NCBI GenBank assembly: GCA_004431415.1
Contig: QPMI01000626.1
Location: 124,001-188,000, forward strand
Direction: 5' to 3'
Source: Cyanophora paradoxa CCMP329
Taxonomy: Eukaryota > Plantae > Glaucophyta
DNA: 64,000 nucleotides
Each line of letters opens with the position of its first letter. Positions within the stretch are counted from its first letter, which is position 1. Shown here one piece after another: positions 34,401 to 46,600 of the stretch. Position numbers and translations under genes: made by a program. The notes below the pieces were generated by a model that was given only the letters and a program-made list of their open reading frames with translations, did not search any database and was not told the DNA's origin.

Positions 34401-35919
34401 ACGAGCAGTGCTCAAGCAGATCGCGCTATACGTAGCTAGAGAGCTAGCATGCAGTCTAGTCTAGATCTATGATTTCTCTTCTTTAAGGGCAGGGCGCACT
34501 GTGTACATGTCCGGGTTCATGCCGAGGCGCTCGCTGGAGAGGACGCGGAGGAGAGGCGAGACGGGATCCACGCGAGGTCGACGTCGCGCGCGCTCAGCGC
34601 CACGAAATTCTCTGCGAACGAAGGTCCGAATGAGCTCACATTCGATCGCAGTCGGACGCTCTGATCACGACGGTTCCGCACCGCTGATGGAGTCGAGGAG
34701 GGCAGAGACGGCGACGGTGCGTCCGACGCGGGCGGTGCCGATCGAAAGGGGCCTCGCACGATCGACGATGTGGCGGAGGACAGTCACGGCGCGCTCCGGC
34801 GGCCCCGCGAGCGCCGCCAGGAGCCACGCGTCGTCGTCGTCGACGTCCCGGCCCCGTACGCGTCGACGTCGACGTCGTCCGCGGGGCTCGTTGGAGCGCC
34901 GCGAAGGAGGGCAGCGAGGAAACGACCCGAGAATGCCTGAGACTCGGCATCGAAGCACCGAGCGCCACCCATCCCGCAAGCTTAAGGGGCGCAGCGGCGG
35001 CGGCCGGCCGCGGGCAGGCCGCCGCCCGGGTGCTTCGAAGGGCCGAGGCCACTCTACGATGTACGAGAAGGCCTTCGCAGAGAGGTGACGCGCCCGCGCA
35101 ACGCCCTACAGGCTATAGTAGCTAGGCGGGCGGCGCGGCGGCCGCAACGTTCGACTCTTTAACTTCGCTGGGCCGAGTACGTTTTTTGTACGCTAGTTCA
35201 GTTACTGCTCGTCTACGCGCGGCAACGCTCCTGGTGACCGGCGCCGGCGCGGCGTCAACGGCGGGCGTCTCTTAAGCTTCGGACGGGGTACGGGGTGCTG
35301 GGAAAATGAATGGGGGAAATAGCTATGGGGCAATTGCAACTTTTCATGATCGATATCAACTGCCCGTGGCGGCGCGGCCCCGCGCAGCTGGCAGCTGCAG
35401 GGCCGCGCTGCTAGACGCAGCAGCTAGAGGCGCCATATGCACCGAGTCACATGCAGGCGGATGGTCTCCCGGATTCCCGCTCGTCTCCCGGCCGCGGGTC
35501 CGAGCGCGCGGTCCGTGGCTGCAGTCAGGTGGAGCAAGTGTCCCCGCAAGAACTCGGCACGGCTACAGATAGGCCTAAGAGCACGACGCGGGCCAGAACA
35601 GAGCGATGGAGAAGTCGTCGCTCGCCGTCGCCAGGAGCCGCGGCTCCCGCGGGTTGAAGTTCACCTGAGCTCGAGGGATCAGGGGGTACCTGGTTCAGGA
35701 GCCCCAGGGAAAAAGGTGGGTACCTGGTTCACGCAGGCGGAGTGGCGGCGGAGGACGCGGGCGGGCGCGCCGAGGTCGCGGTGCCACACCCAGACAGCCC
35801 CGTCCTCAGACCCGCACGCCTGCAGCCGTCCGGACGCGCGCGGTCAGGTCGGATCAGGTCAGGTCAGGTCAGGTCAGGCGCGGGGCAAATGCCGGCTCAG
35901 ATGAGGCATGTATGGTCTA

Positions 35920-38020
35920 GGTCTTACGTGATAGGCGATACGGCCCTTTATCTAAAAGGAGAACCGCAGCGGAGAGCACAAGGCGGTGCCAGAGAAGGGG
36001 CCACATCAAAGAGGCAGGCTCCGGACTACGAAACAACAACATATCCGGCTGTAGATCCAGCCAAGCCACTAGTGGTAAACGCGGGCGGGCGGGCGGGCGT
36101 AGGCGCACGACGTAGGGGCGGGGGCCCTGGAAGTCCGGCAGCAGGATGAAGGGCGGCCGCGACGTCGCCTCTCGCCCCTGCGCCCGATCAGAGGGAAGAA
36201 AGAAAGGAAAGGGGCGGGGGGCGCACGAGGAGGGCGCGGGCGGGGCGGGCGGCGCGCAGGTCGAAGAGCACGAGCCGGGGCGGCCCGTCCGACACGGGGC
36301 ACCTGCGGGCCGCGGCGCGTCGGGCCGGGCCTCACAGAGGGTCCCAGGCTGTGGCTGCCGGCCTTGGACCCTTCCTAGACTGACAGCCGGCCTAGGACGG
36401 ACCCTTGCTAGAGCCTCGGCCTCGGACGGACGTCCGACACGGGGCACCTGCCCTAGGCTCAGTCACGGCCCTAGGCCTATGGCTCTAGACTGGCCGCCGG
36501 CCTAGGACCCTTTCTAGCCTCCCTAGGGTTGGCGGGCGGGGGGCGCCGGCGGGGCGGGGCGGGGCGGGGGGTACGGACCAATCGTCGCCGAGGTTGATCG
36601 AGGGATCGCTGAAGACCTGTCGCGGGGAGGAAGGCGGGGCGGGGTGGGCCCCGGGGCCGGGCGCCTGGAGGGGAGGGCGGGAGGGGCGGGGCGGGGCGGG
36701 GGGTACGGGGCGGGGCGGGGGGTACGGGGCGGGGCCCACCTCGACGGCCGAGGCGCGGGGCCCCAGCAGCTCGCGCCTCGCCCGCAGCGCCGCCGTCTGT
36801 GAGGAAAAGGAGGGGGACGGGAGGAGAAGGGGGGGTATTATAAGTCGAGGTTGGGAGGGGTACGGGCGAGGATGGATGGACCTGCTGAGCGCGGCCGGGG
36901 GGGAAGGGCCGGAGGTGTAGCGCCGCCCACCGATCGTCCCGCGAGATCTGTACCACCCGGACAGGGAAAGAATCGGTACCCCCGGATGACATTCTTTTGA
37001 GGGGTACGGGCGTACGGCGAGGCCGGAGACCTGGGCGACCGGTCGCGGCGAACGGTCAGCTGGGACAACGGCTGGACGGCGGATCAACCCCTACCCTACT
37101 CTTACGCGAGCCTAGCCCTCCCCCCCTCCTTCCCCCCCCCCCCCCCGGGCCTCTCCCCTGCCGGGCCGGGGTACCTGGCCATCGAAGTGTGCGAGGACGC
37201 GCTGCTCTACCCTCCCGTACGGCGTCGCCACGATCTGCCCCATGGGAGGGGAGGGGGAAGACGCGAGGTCAGGTGAGGGGGGGGGGTACGGGAGCCAGGA
37301 TCGGGGGTCGCGGGGAGCGGGGCGCGGGGCGCGGGGCGGGACGGCTAGATCCCATTCGTTCCCCACATTTATTCCCCTCCTATCCCTCTTCCCCCCCCCC
37401 CTCCTCCTTACCTCGTCGATGTCGTTCTCCGTCGAGCCGCGCGTGAAGCTACGGGGGGTACGGCATCGGGCGGGGGCGCGGAGGGACCGGGAGGGGGCGG
37501 GGTACGGGGCGGACACGAGGGAGAACTCGGGGGGGCCGCTGCCGAGCCGGACCGCCTCGCCCTGCGGCCCGGAGGGGCGTGAGAAGAGGGGCGGCGGGCG
37601 GGCGGGTGGACCGGGACAGGAGGAAGGGCGGGAAGAGAGCAATGGGCGCTGGGCCGGGTCGGGCTTTGGGAGGCGGGGTACGGCGCACCTGGATCCCCCC
37701 GACGGTCTGCGGATGACCGAACGGTCGCCGCCGCCTTTCCGTCAGGGGGGTACGGCCCACGGGAAGGGGGGGTACAGGGGCGCACGCGCTCTGGGCGGTA
37801 GTCCTCGGGGCGAAGGTCGCCCCGCACCAGCTGCGGCGACCGCACGGCCGCCGTCGACCTGCGAACGAAGGCAACCGTGAGCGAGGGTAGGGGTAGGGGG
37901 GGCGAAGATCTAGGAGGGGAAGGGGGGGAGGAAGAAGGAGGAAGAAGGGTACGAAGCGCACGCGTAGTGGAAGGTGCCGTAGTGGATGCCGGTGGCCCCG
38001 GGCCGGCGGGGGTCAACCTG
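35920..38020 (-). CDS. Hypothetical gene made of many short exons; boundaries approximate
   Basis: AG/GT-bounded mini-exons such as FTRGSTENDIDE, IVATPYGRVEQRVLAHFDGQ, ISRDDRWAALHLRPFPPGRAQQ and VFSDPSINLGDD. Confidence 0.4.
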
Positions 38021-38114
38021 CCGGGGCGTTAGGCTGGCGGCTGCGGCGGCCGTCTTAGAAGGGACGGGACGGAGCAAGGGCGAGAGCCGCAGCGCAGCCG
38101 TGACTCTCTTGGCT

Positions 38115-38960
38115 CTGGGCGCACGAAGACTCTGGACCTAAGATCCTGCTATGCTACGATCCGCTGCTAAGATAAATATCCGTTGCTATGCTCCTGCTAA
38201 GATATGTCTCTCTTGATCTAGAGCGTCGGCGTGTCTCTTTGCTCTGGCTCTACCGCCGTGCTGGGATCGGAGGCAGGAGAGTGGTTTCGGCGCACGACGG
38301 CCGAAACCTATGCTAGGTTCCGCTGCTAAGTTGCATATCATAGATGCTAAGCTCCTGCTAAGTAAGATGTGGGCTAAGTAAGATGTGGGGGTTTCGGCGG
38401 GCGCACGACGGCCATGACGTCGACGGCGGCGCCGTTGCTCGAGTGGTAGATGATCGAGTGGAAGACCTCGTTCCGCGGCGTCCTGCGGCCGCGCGGGGGG
38501 CGCGGGCGAGAAGTTAATAGAAGCTAGTGGATTTTAGTGAGAAAGCTTCTAATAGCACTTGTTGCCAGTGGATCGGACATATTAGAAGCTAGTGGATTTT
38601 AATGAGATTATTAGAAGCATATTAGAAGCCGCGGCGTCCTGCGGCGGTATTGGTTTGGATTAGATTAGTTCCGCGGCGTCCTGTGTGCGCGCGCGCCGGG
38701 GGCGGGGCGTTCAGAAGCTAGCAGAGTGATAGCTAGGCTACTAGGAGCCAGGCAGCTAGGTGTCCTGCGGCCGCGCGGGGGGCGCGGGCGAGAAGTTCAG
38801 GCGAGAGGGGCAGTGGCAGTGGGGCGGGGGCGGGGCGTTCAGAAGCTAGCAGATTAGATTGCTATTAGAAGCTAGTGGATTTTAGTGAGAAAGGCAGCGG
38901 AGAGCACTAGCCGCGCAGTGGAGAGCCGCGCAATACTAGTAATAGATAGCTAGGCTGGGT
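38115..38960. repeat. Patchwork of short shuffled repeat modules, no ORFs
   Basis: Recurring modules: AGAAGCTAGTGGATTTTA (x3), CCTGCGGCCGCGCGGGGG(G)CGCGGGCGAGAAGTT (x2), GGGGCGGGGCGTTCAGAAGCTAGCAGA (x2), TCCGCTGCTAAG (x2), GCTAAGTAAGATGTGG (x2). Confidence 0.75.
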
Positions 38961-39029
38961 CAGGCTAGGCTAGGTTCTGCGTTGGAACTGTTGTTGCCAG
39001 CTGATCGGAAATGTTGTTGCTAGTTGAAG

Positions 39030-40548
39030 CTTGGGGCCTGGGCCGCGCGCACCACATGCATGTGTCGAAGCGCGACGTGGGGAGATCCAGAAGCTTGCGG
39101 AGGAAGCGGTGCCGCGGCGACGCCGGCGGCGCCGGCGGGGCCGCCGCGCCCGGCGGCTCCAGAGGCTCCTGGGAGGGCGCGCGTGAGGGGGGAGGGGGGA
39201 GGGTGAGGGGGGGTACGGGAGTGGGTCGGAGCGCGCCAGGGCGGCCGGGGCGGCTTCCGCGAGTGAGAGGGATGCGATGGGGACCGGCTCGTCTACCCCC
39301 CCGACGCCGCCTACGCCGTCGAAGCCTGCGCGGGGGTCACGAGAGCGAGGGACCGAGAGCGAGCGCCTGGGGGGCCCGCGGGAGGGCCCGGCTCCCACCT
39401 TCGTGCTCGTACCCCCCCTCCTCCTCGTCCCGCCCGGCGTCCATCTCCGCGTCCTCATCTCCAACGGCCCAAATGTGGATGCTGGCGCGGGGGAAGGGAA
39501 GCCGTCGTCAGCCGCGGCCCGCCCGCGCGCACGAACGCCGGCGGGAGGCCAGCTTCTAAGGGTCTCTCCTTAGGGACAGCCTCCGCGCTCACCTCGAGAA
39601 CCCGGCCTCCTGATCGAAGTCAGTGGCCATCAGCATCGTCCCGTCCTACGAAGGGCGTCGAGACGAGCGGAGAAAACAGCGGGAAGGGGGAGGGAGGGGG
39701 GTACCGGAGACCACGCGGTCGAGCGCGCGTGGCGGCCTGCGCGCCGGCAGATCGCAATCGGGCCGGCGGCGGCGGCGGCGGTGGCAGCAGCGGCGGCGAT
39801 TGCGGCGAGTCGCGGAGAGCGGGGAGCGAGCGGTGCGGCACGCACCATCGTTGACGTGCTCGACGGCGACGACGCGCAGCGCGAATCGGCGGGCGCCCCG
39901 TGCGCCGCTCTCCTCCAGCTGGTACACCTGCGGCGGCGGAGCCGGGGCGGCCGGGCGCTCACTCGGAGGCGCCCGCGGCGAGACTAGAAGATGTAGAGCA
40001 CCTTTACAGTTCCGTCTTTGCTCGCGGAGGCGAGAAGGCGTCCGTCCGGGGACCAGAGCGCAGTCATGACCTGCGGCCGAGCTCGCGCGGGGCCGGGGGC
40101 GCAGGCGGCGCCGGTAGAAGCGCACCTCGTCGTCATGGAAGCGCTCCTGAAACACGGGCCTGTGCGAGGCGCGGCGCGTCAGCCCCGGCGCGGCTCGGCG
40201 GCGGCGCGGCCTTCTCGCGTACGAGTCCGGCACTTCCTCGAGCATCTTGAGCTCGTTGGCCCAATCCAGCTCGGTCTTCAGGTGCGACAAAGTACTTGCG
40301 GTCTCATGCGGGTCGGTGCCGAGGCGCTGCGAGAGGACGTCGAGGAACACGCGGCCCTCAGCCCAAACCTGGTGAGAGGAACCCGGAGGTGAGCGAGCAA
40401 CGACCGCGAGGCGCAGCTAAGAGTGCCGCACGATCGAATGGAACCGGCGGCACGCCGCGGCGAAGGCCAGGACGCTGCGGAGGTCCGTGTACCGGAGCGA
40501 ATGGCGGAGGAGATCATCGGGCAGATCCTCCAGGAGCAGGTCGATCAT
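39030..40548 (-). CDS. F-box domain protein, multi-exon (3' end approximate)
   Basis: First exon from ATG 40548 reads MIDLLLEDLPDDLLRHSLRYTDLRSVLAFAAACRRFHSI (F-box consensus) and splices to VWAEGRVFLDVLSQRL. This exon is not in the ORF track. Confidence 0.7.
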
Positions 40549-40631
40549 CGCAGTCGAAGCAAAGCAGCAGAGCGCCTGAGTGCGGTCGCCGCCGACTTAT
40601 GATGTTCGCTGCTGTACCCGTCAACCACAAC

Positions 40632-43600
40632 ATGGCGCCCGCGGGCCCCGATCGCATGCCCCCGCGCCGCCGCCACTTCTCTGCGCCCATATCGGCGCCC
40701 GCCTCCAGCACGCAGCAGGACAGCGGCGAAGAAGACCACGCCGAGCCCGCTGAGCGCACAGAGAAGAGGCGCGATGGGGGGCCCCCGGACAGAACAGTGA
40801 TCATCTCAGCAGATCCAGCGTTCCACAGCGTGCGTGCCCTCGCTCGCTGCGGCTTGACGCGTACGCGCCGGTCTGCGGGTCGTCTCACCGGGCCCTCCAC
40901 CGCGCAGGGCAAGGGAGTGATAAGCGTATGGAAGAGGGTGGAGGCACAGTTCATCGCCGGAGAGATCGCTCTTGCGTTCGGTAGCGTTCTCTGTTTTCTT
41001 CTCCGGATCCGCGCGCGCGCGCGACCGCCGCCCGCGCTCGGCGCGGCATCGCGCGCCGGGCGCCGACGCCCATTTCCGCCATTATGCTTTTAAATTCCAA
41101 TTGCTATTTAAACTGTCGTTCCTTCGCGCGCGGCCTGAATGACCGGCGAGCCCGGGCGCCGCATTCGCGCAGCCGACGTGCAGTCGTCCACCGCCCTGTG
41201 GGAGGCGCTGCCGGACCCTATAATGGCGAAGGCGATCGACACGCTCTTTGAGCTGCTTCGAGAGGGCATCGAGCTGGTCTCCGGATACGAGGTCAAGGTG
41301 GAGGGGGACTCGATGTTCGCGGTCAGCGGCGCGCGCGCGCGCGCGCGCGGGCCGCCGCTCGTCGCGCGCTCGAGAGAACGACGCACCGCGGTCGCAGGTG
41401 TTCGACAGCGCGGCGCGGGCAGCTTACTGGTGCCTCTGGACGCAGGCCATGCTCCTCGAAGGCATGCCGATCCGATTCGACTCGTGATCACGCCGGATGG
41501 CTGCTGAGCTGACCCCGCGCGCGTGGCGCAGTGGACTGGCCCCACGAGATGCTGTCCGAGGTCCCTGCGAGGGAAGAGTTCGGCAGCGACTCCACGCTAC
41601 TCTTCCGCGGTGCGGCGGGCCCTCCGTGCGCAGGCCGCTGGCCGCCCCGCGTGCCGAGCCTGCAGGCGCGCGCCACGTAGGCCTGCGCTTGCGAATGGGC
41701 GTCCACCGCGGGCGACCGAACGTAAAGATAGACCAGACGACCGGGCGAATGGGTGCGGTCGGGCGCCGCGCCGCGCCGCCCGCCTCGCACCCGCCTCATG
41801 TACCCCCGCCTCGCAGATTACTTCGGCCCAGCAGTGAACAAGGCGGCTCGCGTCGCCGGGTACGCTCTTCTTCTGATTCAATGATTTTCCTTCGACATCC
41901 CCAGCCTGCTTCGTAGCTGAGAGCGGCCTCTCGCAGGGCGGCCGCCGGGGGCCAGATCGTCATGAGCCGCTCTACATTCGACGCTATGGTCAAGGGCGAG
42001 TCCTCCGGCGTCGGGTTCAGGTTCGGACGCCTCACTTGAATCTGAATCCGAGCCGTCCGAGCCCCATCATCTCACCTGATTCTGAGCCAGCCTGCACGAG
42101 GACGCTATCCCAGGCCTCTCCCTCACGCCCATCGACCGCCGCACGGACCGCAGGCGCGGCGGCGTCGTACCCCCGGCTTCAGCCCCGCCTCACGCCCTTC
42201 CCCATGCAGTTCACTCCAGATGCTGGACGGCGTCTCCGAGAGCCTCCCGCGCTCCCGGCGGCGCGCCACTCTACCCCCGAGCTACGCGTGCGGTCTATTT
42301 ATATCCCCAACCAGAGCCTCCGCATCCGCCCCGCCGAGCGCGCGTGCGGGCGCGCGCCGCAGGGTCGGGCGAGGCAGAGCCGGAGGGGCGAGCGTCTTCC
42401 GCGTGCTCGGGGCCGACACGTGGAGCGCCCACCCGCAGGTGCCGCCGGCGCCGGCGCTCTCGCCCCGCGCCCCCGCCCCAGAGCCCGTTGCGCCTGCCCG
42501 GCCGACTGACCATCGAGTGTCGTTCTTATATCCGGACTAGCGAGCGCCAGTGGGGAATCTTGAGCTTAGTCCCGAGCTAGAACGCTAGCCCCGAGCTTAG
42601 CCCCGAGCTAGAAGGCTAGCCCCGTCCGGCTCCAGCTCTGGAACCGAGCCAGCTCGACTGGAGCTTGCTTGACTTAGGTATCTCTTTCGAGCCTCGCGCT
42701 CTAGGTTCGGGCTCGAGCGGAGCTTAGGCGGGACTCCGGAGCCTTCCCTCGCGCTCTAGATCCGAGCTAGCTTGACTGGATCCGGTGCTTCGATTTGGGC
42801 TGGGGCTTAGGTTCGGATGGCCGAGGCCCTCTTTATCTTGACCGACCTCGAGCTCGAGCGAAGCTTAAACCTTAGGAGATTTCGAGTTCGGATTCGGAGA
42901 AGGCCGCGCGCGTCGTCCTCCTCGTCCCCCTCTGATCGATCGCGCGCAGGACGGGAGCGCCCTTCTGCGTGTCCTCGCACCGGCCGCCGCGCCCTCGACG
43001 TCGGCGCTGGCGTGCGCCGGCCGCGCGGGGCGGGCGCCCTCGGCCGCGGGCCCGCACCTCTCCCTCGTTGACATCCTCGGCGCCGCAGAGGAGGTGCGGC
43101 AGCGCTGGCTCCCCCTAGGACGACGACGACCGGGGTGAGGCCCTGGCAGACCCGAGGGGCGAGCACTCTAGAAGCTGGAGGGACGATAGACTAGGTAGAA
43201 TCGCCCTTCTGACCTGTGGGCCCGCGCCGCGCACGCAGACGGCGCCGGAGGGCGTGGCGGGGGCCGCCCCCGGGGACCTGCAGCCCGTGCTCTCGGCCTC
43301 GGACACGGACGCGCTGGGCTCCTGGCGCCGCTGCTGCGAGGGCGAGGGCGAGGGGGGCGCCTCGGCGAGCGGGCGGCGCTCGTCGTGGCCCCTGCTCGCC
43401 CACGCCAACCGCCGTCGCGTCGTCTCGGTCTGCTCTCCGCCTTAAATGCAGCGCTGGCCATCTGAGCGCGTTAAAACTCTTAGAAGACCATTCGATTCTT
43501 AGAAGTGCCCCTGAGAGACTTGTATTTAGCGCCCGACGTGGACGCTAAGAGCAGCCGCCAAGGAGCGGTTCTTCCCTTCTCGTCTCGCCACTTAGAGGAC

Positions 43601-46600
43601 ACGTAAAGTACCCTCGAGACACGTTTAGACAACGGTCCGCGCCAACCGCCGCCGCGTCGTCTCGGTGCATGCGGCCGCGCGCGATCGAGACATCGAAAGA
43701 AAGCTTAAGATAGATGCGTTTTCCTTTAGAGGACGCGACAGAATAACGATGAAGAACTTCCCGCTAGAAGCTTAAGCACATACGCCGCCGCGTCGTCTCG
43801 GTCCGCTCTCCGCCTTCGTGATCAGCGCTGGCCATCTAGAAGCATGAAAATTCCTTAGAGAGCAAATGAAGCACGTCTACAAATTAAAACACTAGAGGAA
43901 GCGCATAGGAAGGAAGCGTATAGCTCGAGCCAGTTAGAGGACCCCCAAAGTGCCCTCGTGACCCGTATATATTAAAGCGCCCGAGACTATGAGGCGGGAA
44001 AATTCATTGAAAGATGTGTACGTGTCATTTAGAGGATACGAAAGAATAATGCGAAGGAAATAAGCCTGACCCAAGACCTCGCCCTCGGCAGAGCGTGATG
44101 CAGGCGGCTGCGATGACGACGCCGTCGGTGCGGAGCGCGAGCCACACGGCCCCCTCAAGCGAGGGCGACCTGTGCGTGTTCATGATCATATCGTTAGTCT
44201 TATATCGACAATGTACTCACATAAGAGAAGTTTAATGCAATTCCGCTGGTACTAGTCGCTCGCTCTCTCGCTTTCTTCCCCCTGGCCCCTAGTCCCCCCC
44301 CCCCCCTCCGATCCCCTTTTCTCATTTTGATCACAACGCCTCATCTATCCTCCTCCGTCCTCCAGCGACGGCGACCCGTGAGGCCCCCCCCCCCCCACTA
44401 TTCCTAGTACTAGTCTGATAATCTAATGCAAGCAGTAAATAGATTAAAGATTCGTGACGGAACCGCCGCCATATGCATCCGCTTGCCCGGCCATCGCTAT
44501 GCACCCGGGCGAGCCTTAACGCGTCGCAGGTCGCCTGCAGGCACCGGCGCCGAGGGCGAGGGCGAGGGCGGGGGCGGGGGCGAGGGCGGGGGCGGGGGCG
44601 GGGGCGGGGGCGGCCTGTCGGGCCGGTCGTTCGCGGTGGAGCCGGCCGCCGCCGCCGCCGGGCGGATGCGGAAGGCGCCCGCCCCGGAGGAGCTGGAGGA
44701 GGAGGAGGCGCCGCCGGCGGAGGAGGAGGAGGAGGGAGAGCCGCCCCAGTTCACGCCGCTGGCCTCGCCGGGGCGCGCGAGCCCCGCGCGCCGCCACTGC
44801 GGCGGCGGCGCCGCCTCCACCGCCCCGCCGCCACCGCCGCCGCTGGGGGAGGCCCCAAGGCATCGCCGGGGCGCGTGAGCCCCGCACGGCCCCGCTGTGG
44901 GGTCCTCACCGCCGCCGCCGCCGCGGGCGCCGGCGCCCCGTCCTCGTCTTCGTCGTCCCGCGGCGCGTCGCGCCCCGCCTCGCGCCCGGCGTCGCGGCCC
45001 CCCACGCCAGCATCCGCCCCCACCCCCCCTCCGCCCCGCCGCCTTCCTCCCGTCCCTCCACCGCCGGTGCGGCCTCCTCCGCAGCCGCCCGCAGCGCCGC
45101 GGGCGAGCCGGGCGGCACCCCCTTGACTTCGGTCCCGGCGTCGGCGTCGGTCCCCGCGACGCCCTCGGTCCCGGCGACGCCGGCCGGGCAGCAGCGGGCG
45201 GGCGGCACGCCTGCCGTCTCGGAGGACCGCCGCATCTGCAGCATTTGCAGCTGCGGTATCTGCGGCGGCGGCATCTGCGGCGGCGGCGGCGGCGCGCACG
45301 CGCGCCCTCACCCGCACCAGCGCGCGGCGGTCCTGGCGGACAGCGCGAGCTGCGCCTGCAGAGGCCGCACCCCCTCGTCGGCGTCCTCGGCTGCGGGCCA
45401 TCGCACGGGGGCGGCGGGGGCGGCAGGGACCCCGGCCCCCTCCTCCTCCTCCGCGGAGGACGGGACGCTTCAGGACGCGCTGGCCTGGGCGTCCCGAGTG
45501 GCGAGGGCCCGCATCTCGCGCAACCTGAGCCGCACCGAGACCCACGCGGTGCTTGAATCTTCACCCTCGTCCTCGCATAAGAGCTTGCGCCACCGCTCCT
45601 CCTGAGCTTAGTCATCCTCGTACCGTTATGGATACGATTCCACTGGCTTCGCGCCCTTGGCTCCTAGGCTTGAGCTGCTCCTCCCCAGCCTAATTTCTCC
45701 AAGCCTGCGCCAGCCGGAAAGCTATTTACGCCTCCCACGCGCCTGCACCTCGCGCACCTGACGCTCGGAACCGGCGCCGGCAGCCAAGCCACCTCTCCTC
45801 CCGCTCTGTCGTCGGTGCGGGCTCGCCCAACGGCGGCGGCGGTGGCCACGGGGGGGTAGACCACCACGAGGGCCTCAACGGCGGCCAGGTCCGTCTGCCC
45901 CCCCCCCCCCCCCCCCCCCCATCCACCTCCCCCCTTTCCTCCTCCCCCATGGCCCATTCCAGGCCGGCCCGAGCCTAGCTAGGCCTGAGCCTAGGTCTGA
46001 GCCGTCCGTCATTTCCGTCCGTTCTCTCCGCCCCCTCTCTCCGCCCCAGCCTAGATGACTAAAACCTCAAGGTCTGCGCCGTGCCACCGCGGCCTCAGAG
46101 CGGCGAGCCGCAGCACAACGGGGCCCACGATCGCAATCACGCCCTCGACTACGGCGAGCTGTACGCGGCGCTCGCCAGCATACAGCAGCAGGAACCGGTT
46201 CGTGCTGTACCCCCTGCTCTTGTTTTTTCGCTTTTTGAATCGGTTTTGCCGCCGCAGCCCTCGCTTCAGCCCGCCCGGCACGCGCACCCGCCCGGCGAGG
46301 GCGGCGTGGCGGCGGCGGGCCCGTCGCCGCCCCCGCCGCCGGCGCCGACTCCGCCGCAGGCGGCGCCGGTGGTGGCGCCGGCGGGGCCGGGGCCAGGGCC
46401 GGGACCGGGGCCGGGGCCGGGGCCGGGGCAGGCAGGCACGCCCCTACCCCTGGCGCACCTGCAGCCCGAGCGCACCGCCTCGCGGGGCGGGGGCGGGCCG
46501 GAGGTGGGTTACGGAGGCGTCTCCGGCGAGGGCGGCGGGGATAGCGGATGGGGCGGCAGCGGCAGCGCCCGCGGCGGCGGAGAGTCGCCGCTAGACGGGG

